Assembly (NCBI GenBank): GCA_041738615.1
Contig: JBGSPL010000004.1
Location: 1,203-65,202 of the forward strand
From: Patescibacteria group bacterium
Lineage (GTDB): Bacteria > Patescibacteriota > CPR2 > UBA1875 > CAIMLA01
Direction of reading: 5' to 3'
Length of the DNA: 64,000 nucleotides
Position 1 is the first letter of the stretch; each line of letters starts with the position of its first letter. Both the position numbers and the translations under genes were made by a program. Below, in pieces: positions 57,652 to 64,000 of the stretch. Below the pieces are notes generated by a model that was given only the letters and a program-made list of their open reading frames with translations, did no database searches and was not told the origin of the DNA.

Positions 57652-57696
57652 AAACGTCTGGACTTTATCTCGATTCAGCGGCATCCTTGTCCCTGT

Positions 57697-58968
57697 ATGG
57701 AATACGACTACTGTTTATACGCAAGAAAATCAACTGAATCTGATGAAAAGCAGGCGCTAAGTATTGATTCTCAGATCAAAGAAATGACTGAGATCGCCAA
57801 GCGGGACGGCTTGAAAATAGTTGAGGTAAAAAAGGAAAGCCATTCTGCCAAAGAAAGTGGCACAAGGCCTGTTTACAACGAAATTATTCAGGATCTAAAA
57901 AATGACAAGTACCAGGGGCTCATTTCTTGGGATGTCTCAAGGATTGGCAGAGCAGCTGGAGATATCGGGCTTCTAATAGACCTTATGGATCAGAAACACT
58001 TATGTGAGATACGAACATACAGTCAGATGTTTACTAATTCACCAAACGACAAGTTCCTTCTAATGATACTTGGGTCCCAAGCTAAATTTGAAAATGATAG
58101 CAGGGCCATAAACGTTGTAAGAGGCATGAAAACCAAGTGCCAGATGGGCCATAGGCCTTGCATGCCGCCGTTGGGCTACCTAAACACTAAAAACCCCGAG
58201 AGGGGTATGAGTAGGATCATTCTTGACCCCAAAAGGGCTTCTATCGTTCGTGAGATGTTTGAACGGTCAGCAAGCGGTGAATCTGGGCGTGACATCATCA
58301 AGTGGGCCACTGAGCAGGGTCTAACCAACAAAAAGGGCAAATCTATACCAAATAGCACTTTCTTCAATATGATAAAGAACCCATACTACTATGGAGAATT
58401 TGAATGGCCAAAAGGCAGTGGTAATTGGTATAAGGTTGCACATAAGTCCATTATTACCAAGGAGTTATTTGACCAGGTGAGAGATAGGGTCGCTGATATG
58501 TATAAAGGTGCCTACGGCACTAAAGAATTCGACTTTACCGGCATGTTCAAGTGCGGAACCTGCGGGTGCGGGGTCAGCGCATCGGAAAAGTTTAAAAACA
58601 TAAGCGACGGGACCAGAAGAAGATACGTTTACTATGTCTGCACCAAGGGCACAAGACAGGAGTGCAAGCAGCCATACATCCGGGAAGAAGTACTCCTTGA
58701 GGAGCTGATTATGCTAATGGATAAGATAGATATAAATAAGGTCAAAGGCAAGGCTAAGCTCGAGAGAGAGATTGCAAGATATAATAAGTTTACTCAAGGA
58801 GTGATTGGACAAGGGCTTAGCGAGGTCAAAGCATCGAAGCTAGACTTAAAAACGTATGCAAAATATGTCCTAACAGAGGGCAACCGAGATGAGAAAAGAG
58901 AGCTTCTGTCCTGCCTGAATACCACCATCTACATAAATAACCGTAAATTATATACTAAGCTACAGTAA
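57697..58968 (+). CDS. Large serine recombinase
   Basis: YARKS catalytic Ser, SRIGR, PPLGY, HKSIITKELF, CGTCG...YYVC zinc ribbon. Confidence 0.92.
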   Translation: MEYDYCLYARKSTESDEKQALSIDSQIKEMTEIAKRDGLKIVEVKKESHSAKESGTRPVYNEIIQDLKNDKYQGLISWDVSRIGRAAGDIGLLIDLMDQKHLCEIRTYSQMFTNSPNDKFLLMILGSQAKFENDSRAINVVRGMKTKCQMGHRPCMPPLGYLNTKNPERGMSRIILDPKRASIVREMFERSASGESGRDIIKWATEQGLTNKKGKSIPNSTFFNMIKNPYYYGEFEWPKGSGNWYKVAHKSIITKELFDQVRDRVADMYKGAYGTKEFDFTGMFKCGTCGCGVSASEKFKNISDGTRRRYVYYVCTKGTRQECKQPYIREEVLLEELIMLMDKIDINKVKGKAKLEREIARYNKFTQGVIGQGLSEVKASKLDLKTYAKYVLTEGNRDEKRELLSCLNTTIYINNRKLYTKLQ

Positions 58969-58969
58969 C

Positions 58970-60454
58970 CTAAACCTTTTCTAAATATTCCCAAATTTTT
59001 ACCATGGCCATTGTGTCTAATCCACAATAATCCCAAAGGTCTTTAAGGATTTTTTCTTTCTCAAGTGGCCGTTTCTCATCTAAAACTGCCTGCATCCATA
59101 GTCTTTGAGCGAGCAATCCGTCGGATATATCTAGATCCTTATAACTTAATTCGGGTATCAAAACAGGCAGAACCTGCTTGATTGAAGCGCTTCCACCAAA
59201 TGCAGCGTCAACATAGTGAAAGTCAAAGAAGGGAATCATTAGGTCAACGAACCTTTTATTCAACTTATCGTAATAATCCGCAAATTCTGGGTGTATTTTA
59301 CCCATGTCAGTGTTACAACCCTGCTCAAACTTCATATTCCAAGCAATGATGGACCCCTTGGGGCCAATGTCTTTCATCAGAGACTCTGTTAACGGCTTGA
59401 TTGGATCACTTTTCTCAGAATGCAGGTACTCAACGTGCTTCAGTTCAGCGCCAGGCTTTTCTAGAAAATGGAGCGAGTATTGAAATGGAATCTGTTTGTT
59501 TGGGCTATAACCATCGAAGTACGGAATGACACTACCAAGAGTTTCGTAGTCTAGAAAGTAAATAGGGTATTTTATCTCAGTAAGAAATGCCGTTAGTTTA
59601 ACTTTATCGATCAATACTTTCTTCTCTTGAACTGACTGAACCTGCCATCGCTGTTTATCGGAGAGTCCCTCAAAGACGACAGGGATATCTGTAAGTTTAC
59701 TGATCGAAGCTTCTTCTAGTTTCTTGATTAACGTGGCGCTAGGATTATATAGGTCATAGATACTACCGTCGCCAGGCTTTATACCCTTAATCAATTTGTA
59801 GATTTTAATCCATTCAGAAGTACAATTGAGACCACAAACCGAGGGAGTGGGCTCGGGCATGTTTGGTGATTTAGCGGTTTCAAGGGCTCTCTTGATATCC
59901 TCTCGGGTAGCATCAATCCTTTTCTTAACTTTTTCAGTCACGTCAACCATAGTTGCTATCTCTGCAGGATTTACTTCACCCTTACGTACGTACTCACGGT
60001 TCACATGGACAATGCTAATCTTGTTTACCTTGTAGCCAGAGTCTTCGAGGACAACAGCCTGAAAGGCTAAATCATGTTCATGGTTAGTTCGGGGGCCAGT
60101 AGAAGACTTAATCTCAATTAGATCAACCTCATCTTTTCCCACAAACTGAATCACATCGAAAATACAGGTGATCTCACCAACTTCAAGGCGCCCCTGGAAG
60201 ATGGTTTTTGCACCAGACATAATAGCCTCACGTGTCCTTTGTGGCAGATCCAAATACTCTCGGTAACCTTCCCAATTGAGCTTTATTCCATCGGGAAAGA
60301 GCTTCTCTGCATATGACTCAAATAAATAGCCAGTATCAAAGAGTGCCTGCGTAGCATCATCCACTTGAGGCAGAAGTTTTGCGTTATTTTTTTTAATCCA
60401 AAGCCAAGCGGGATGCCTGAGGTACAACATATAGTCAGACTTTGATAACTGCAT
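58970..60454 (-). CDS. DUF2779-like protein (PD-(D/E)xK-like N-terminus + RNase H-like domain)
   Basis: LSKSDY, FDVI...IEIKSS, DLAFQ, FLDYET, PFQYSLH, SASIKQVLP, YCGLDT.AM. Confidence 0.75.
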   Translation of the reverse strand: MQLSKSDYMLYLRHPAWLWIKKNNAKLLPQVDDATQALFDTGYLFESYAEKLFPDGIKLNWEGYREYLDLPQRTREAIMSGAKTIFQGRLEVGEITCIFDVIQFVGKDEVDLIEIKSSTGPRTNHEHDLAFQAVVLEDSGYKVNKISIVHVNREYVRKGEVNPAEIATMVDVTEKVKKRIDATREDIKRALETAKSPNMPEPTPSVCGLNCTSEWIKIYKLIKGIKPGDGSIYDLYNPSATLIKKLEEASISKLTDIPVVFEGLSDKQRWQVQSVQEKKVLIDKVKLTAFLTEIKYPIYFLDYETLGSVIPYFDGYSPNKQIPFQYSLHFLEKPGAELKHVEYLHSEKSDPIKPLTESLMKDIGPKGSIIAWNMKFEQGCNTDMGKIHPEFADYYDKLNKRFVDLMIPFFDFHYVDAAFGGSASIKQVLPVLIPELSYKDLDISDGLLAQRLWMQAVLDEKRPLEKEKILKDLWDYCGLDTMAMVKIWEYLEKV

Positions 60455-60455
60455 G

Positions 60456-60734
60456 TTACTTCTTTTCTCGATATCCTTTGACGGAAAAGATTATAGTTAA
60501 AGTTAATAGGGAAACTGCTAAAAACAGAAAAACAAAAGATAGACCTAGTTCAAATAGACTGTTTTTAAAGGCTAAATCGGCAAGCTGTTCTCGGCCATCC
60601 ATAAATTGAAATGACCCGATCTTAATGGCTGCAGTCGATAGATGAACCGCCGAGAATAATATCCCTGCAGTAATACTCAGCAACCCAAGTATCTTCGCTA
60701 ATTCCAAATTTTTATTCATTATTTGCGGCTTCAT
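60456..60734 (-). CDS. Small two-TM protein
   Basis: Two hydrophobic segments; operonic spacing. Confidence 0.5.
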   Translation of the reverse strand: MKPQIMNKNLELAKILGLLSITAGILFSAVHLSTAAIKIGSFQFMDGREQLADLAFKNSLFELGLSFVFLFLAVSLLTLTIIFSVKGYREKK

Positions 60735-61794
60735 CTACAGCTATTTTAATCCCTTCCTTGTTTTTTATCCAATGATCCGTCTTTATAACTGGCTGCTTTG
60801 TATAGTTTTCGTACGAATCAAGGATCTCAAAGTCTGTCTTTTTGGATAAAATGGCCCCTAATTTGTCCCTGAAAGCTGTGGCAACATCGCTGTCATTCAG
60901 CCAATTAAAGTTTATTTGCATGGGCCCATTTGTCCAGAGCGTAATAATGGATCTTTTTTGCGAAATAGAGGGTATTAGAAAGTTCATTGATCCAGAAACT
61001 GAGCCAGATCCCCATTCAACTCTTCCTTTTTTGCAGAAATAATCATACATATCTTTTATTTCCGAAAGCTCGCTAGCATTCAGGGTCTCCTGTGCTTTTT
61101 GGAAGAAACTGGTTTCGTCCCATTTTCGTCTTGCTGAGCCACCACTTACCCCGATGTCCTTTTTCACTTCTGCACCAAACAACTTCGGGATGATAATCTC
61201 ATTTTCTTCAAACTTGTAGTAGTCAAACTGCACAGCGTAAATATCGAATTTGCTGTTCTCGTTAACAAATAGGATCAAATCCTTTAGACGATCGTCAATC
61301 TCATCCATTAATATGATGAATTTAAACTTACCGTGGTTAAGATTCTCTTTTATTGTGTCTAAAAGCAGATCAATCACACTATCGTCTATCCCAAACTCTT
61401 GAGATATCTTCTCTCGGGTGTTCTTACTCTCCTTTTTAGTCAGATATCTGTCGGTATACTCTATGAATCGATTGAAATCTATTGACGATTTCCAAAGCGA
61501 TGCCCCGTAGTCAAGGGCTTGTGCGACAACAGTCCTTTTGTCGGCATTTTTGAATAGTTTTGTCTCAATGATATAGATGTCACCATCGCTATCAATTCCA
61601 AGGGCATCGATTGGACCGCTGCCAGTAGCGAACTCTCGCGCCATGATTAACACCTTTATGTCGTTCTTTATCTCATACAGGGGGATACTTAGCGGATTAT
61701 CGTCGATATACTTCTGCATATTATCCTCATAATCAAAGGAGGTCTTTTCTAGCTTCTTTGCATTCTTGCCATTTTTGGTAATTATAATTGCCAT
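60712..61794 (-). CDS. NucS-like PD-(D/E)xK nuclease-domain protein
   Basis: REF...GPIDALGIDSDG.IYIIETKL, VVAQALDY. Confidence 0.7.
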   Translation of the reverse strand: MAIIITKNGKNAKKLEKTSFDYEDNMQKYIDDNPLSIPLYEIKNDIKVLIMAREFATGSGPIDALGIDSDGDIYIIETKLFKNADKRTVVAQALDYGASLWKSSIDFNRFIEYTDRYLTKKESKNTREKISQEFGIDDSVIDLLLDTIKENLNHGKFKFIILMDEIDDRLKDLILFVNENSKFDIYAVQFDYYKFEENEIIIPKLFGAEVKKDIGVSGGSARRKWDETSFFQKAQETLNASELSEIKDMYDYFCKKGRVEWGSGSVSGSMNFLIPSISQKRSIITLWTNGPMQINFNWLNDSDVATAFRDKLGAILSKKTDFEILDSYENYTKQPVIKTDHWIKNKEGIKIAVDEAANNE

Positions 61795-61891
61795 CTTGCT
61801 TCTCCATTCGTGCTCAATCTTAGCATAGTTCTGCCTAAAATGATAGTTATTGGCTGTAGAGCAACTGGCATCATTTCTTTAGTGTATAACC

Positions 61892-62110
61892 ATGGCAAAG
61901 AAAACAGCGACAAAAATAAGTTTCGGGAATAAGTTAAGGCAGGTACGCAAGGAGGCGGGAATCTCTCAAGAAGAGCTTAGCTTCAGATCGGGGCTTCACA
62001 GAACCTATATTGGTGCAATTGAAAGAGGCGAGCAAAGCGTATCTGTAGACAATATTACTAAGCTAGCACGTGCACTGAAGGTGAAAACGAAAGATCTATT
62101 TGATTTTTAG
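61892..62110 (+). CDS. XRE-family HTH regulator (controller-protein-like)
   Basis: SQEELSFRSGLHRTYIGAIERGE. Confidence 0.88.
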   Translation: MAKKTATKISFGNKLRQVRKEAGISQEELSFRSGLHRTYIGAIERGEQSVSVDNITKLARALKVKTKDLFDF

Positions 62111-62880
62111 CTTCTACTCGGCTTCCTGCAAACATATATTACAGTTGCGGGCAACTTTGTTGCCTTGCCAATATGGTAATGCTTTTCAGGATCCTTTTGC
62201 GAGTTATCTAAATTCTTAGGTGCTGGTTCGTGGTAGCCAACAATTTCGAAACCAGCGTCTAAAAGCAATTGAAACCAAGTCGACGTTTTTCTGTAGGTCA
62301 GGTTAGCACTACCACCCTGTTCGCGCCAGTTCTTTAGACTTATTGCCTCCTCATTGTGATAGTCATAGGCGATTACATATTTACCGTCTTCATAAACAGT
62401 ATCTGCATAGATAGAGTGATCCCAGCTCCAAATAAATTGTCCACCTGGCTTGAGATAAGAGTAGATATTCTGGAATGTCTTTTTTGGATCAACAGTCCAA
62501 CCGATCCCATATACAGAGAAAACAATATCGATGGGCTCAAGGTCTAGCTTCCCTTCCATTGCCTTTTGGATTAAAACAACTTTTCTCGCCTTAATTGCTT
62601 TCTCGTTATACAGTTTTGCTTCTTCAAGTTGCTTTTTTGAAAGGTCAACGCCATATACCTTACGAGCGCCATGATCAGCAAGGTATTTTAGTCCTCTGCC
62701 GCTACCACAACCAATTTCAAGAAAAGTTTGACCTTTTATTTTCGGTATTAGATTAAGATCATCACCAACCCCAAATGGTCCCCAAACGGGTAGCGCACTG
62801 GCATCCTTAAATAGATGGGCAACTTTATCCCAATTGTCTTGGTTATCTAGGATTATCTTTTCTTGAGCAGGCTTACCCAT
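62107..62880 (-). CDS. Class I SAM-dependent methyltransferase
   Basis: LEIGCGSG, GVDLS, LKPGG. Confidence 0.9.
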   Translation of the reverse strand: MGKPAQEKIILDNQDNWDKVAHLFKDASALPVWGPFGVGDDLNLIPKIKGQTFLEIGCGSGRGLKYLADHGARKVYGVDLSKKQLEEAKLYNEKAIKARKVVLIQKAMEGKLDLEPIDIVFSVYGIGWTVDPKKTFQNIYSYLKPGGQFIWSWDHSIYADTVYEDGKYVIAYDYHNEEAISLKNWREQGGSANLTYRKTSTWFQLLLDAGFEIVGYHEPAPKNLDNSQKDPEKHYHIGKATKLPATVIYVCRKPSRS

Positions 62881-63373
62881 TTGTATCCTTTGTAAAATCT
62901 CTGATTAGTTGATCTTCAGCTTCTATCCCCGTCGATTTAAACATAGATACTATTTCGGAATGTTTTTTGTAAATCATTTCTGGGGAGAGGTTTATAATAT
63001 CAAAATTAAACTGAATCTGCATGAATTCTTCTGAATTAATCTGCTTTTCAAAGTCATTATAAACAAAGTTGTCTTTTGGGTAATAGTTTGTTTGAAATTC
63101 TCTTAAGCCATAGATTTGAACACCGGGATATTTTGCGATTGAATCGAAAAGTTTGCGAGTAAATATACTAGATTTGAGAATTATCGTAAAATAACAAACC
63201 TCACCATAAGCTCCGACCTCGCAAAAGCCAGTTGTGATTGTGGGTATTTCGCCCTTCATCAAACAACCATGTTCGTCATAGTTGCCCGAAGTCATTTCGA
63301 CTTCAGAAACTTGGTGGCTATTTCTTTCTAAAAGATTTCGTAAGGACTTAATTAACTCGAGATTTTTATTCAT
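62873..63373 (-). CDS. Hypothetical protein
   Basis: 166 aa ORF overlapping both neighbours by a few bases. Confidence 0.6.
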   Translation of the reverse strand: MNKNLELIKSLRNLLERNSHQVSEVEMTSGNYDEHGCLMKGEIPTITTGFCEVGAYGEVCYFTIILKSSIFTRKLFDSIAKYPGVQIYGLREFQTNYYPKDNFVYNDFEKQINSEEFMQIQFNFDIINLSPEMIYKKHSEIVSMFKSTGIEAEDQLIRDFTKDTNG

Positions 63374-63804
63374 TTTGCTCTCACGCTCTTAATATTCTCA
63401 ATGCACATCCAAGCCGACATTGTGCCGTAGCCAGTTTTATCAATCTGAAAAGGTTCGACTTTTTCGGGGTTATTGAGAAAAATTAGGATACAGTACTTTT
63501 TGTCCTTGAATAACTCATAGTAACTGCCAGTGTCTTTTGCACCAATACCGTCGAGGTTGCCATACTTGTTTAGTATCTCTTTGACTACAACAGGATCTAG
63601 ATTATCAATCTGGAGAACCTTCTCAACACTGGCCTTAACCGTCACGGGCTCTCCCGAGTCCTTAAAATATACCGTGTCGCCAACCTTTACTTGATCCCAT
63701 GGTGCAACCTTAGATCTATACCACCTAGATTCTATTCTCTTTTGTCCTGTTAGTATCTTCTCAGTCAATCCCCAAGACTTTTTCATGATCGCAATGTGAT
63801 CCAT
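63370..63804 (-). CDS. ASCH/PUA-like domain protein
   Basis: KILTGQKRIESR (GxKxxExR), VKVGDTVYF. Confidence 0.75.
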   Translation of the reverse strand: MDHIAIMKKSWGLTEKILTGQKRIESRWYRSKVAPWDQVKVGDTVYFKDSGEPVTVKASVEKVLQIDNLDPVVVKEILNKYGNLDGIGAKDTGSYYELFKDKKYCILIFLNNPEKVEPFQIDKTGYGTMSAWMCIENIKSVRAK

Positions 63805-63809
63805 TCTTG

Positions 63810-64000
63810 CTATTCCAAATCTTCCGGAAACACATTAAATAATTGTTTCCAAGCTTTATAAAGCGGCGACAATTCATCTCTTAGCCCAGGCAATATACCA
63901 AGATCCCTGTAGTCTCGTTCTACCTTTTCCGTAGCATATTCTCGGCCGTGTTCCTTCGAATCGTCGGTGAGATGAACGATATAATTAATGTCGGTAAAGT
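63810..64000 (-). CDS. 3' end of a hypothetical protein (partial)
   Basis: Open frame FTDINYIVHL...FNVFPEDLE* ending 5 nt before the ASCH start. Confidence 0.55.
   Translation of the reverse strand, partial: FTDINYIVHLTDDSKEHGREYATEKVERDYRDLGILPGLRDELSPLYKAWKQLFNVFPEDLE

Larger units (their letters stand above)
41284..58968. mobile_element. Putative integrative defence island with terminase-recombinase core (boundaries uncertain)
   Basis: Serine recombinase + terminase + ParB-methylase adjacent to AT-rich defence operon; att sites not identified. Confidence 0.55.

Noticed and set aside
54481-58968. Complete prophage
   Set aside because: No structural, replication or lysis genes in the window
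1-64000. Stop-codon recoding, rRNA, IS transposases, group I/II introns
   Set aside because: Known genes end normally at TGA/TAA/TAG with full-length products; no such elements were recognised by eye

Overview
Bacterial chromosomal window in the standard genetic code. Gene content suggests a Patescibacteria/CPR-like organism (inference: pilMNO-pilB-pilT-pilC-pilin-pilD-minor pilin operon with no secretin in it, an LPxTG-anchored surface protein, patchy metabolism). 1-10.3 kb is a type IV pilus locus. 10.3-21 kb is housekeeping: Xer recombinase, surface protein, uppP, M16 peptidase, ndk, tRNA-Arg(CCT), PrsA-like foldase, glmM. 21-31.4 kb is a dense cluster of nucleotide-handling enzymes centred on a MoaA-like radical SAM gene coupled to a CMPK2-like kinase. 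The kinase is present twice with shared flanking DNA, and the arrangement recalls viperin/CMPK2 although the enzyme is not a viperin. 31.4-41.2 kb holds mostly minus-strand accessory genes, including a CoaD-kinase fusion, single genes separated by a thrice-repeated 15-20 bp site, and GC-rich pyrF-pyrE. 41.3-59 kb is an AT-rich island. It has a MORC/Z1/PD-(D/E)xK/AIPR (mza-like) defence operon extended by a C5 methyltransferase and an MspJI/AspBHI-type nuclease. Divergent from it is a capsid-less ParB-methylase/terminase/large serine recombinase module behind a consensus promoter and a 27-bp G-U-rich leader hairpin. 59-64 kb holds further nuclease and accessory genes. All calls come from motif reading by eye; no database searches were run.
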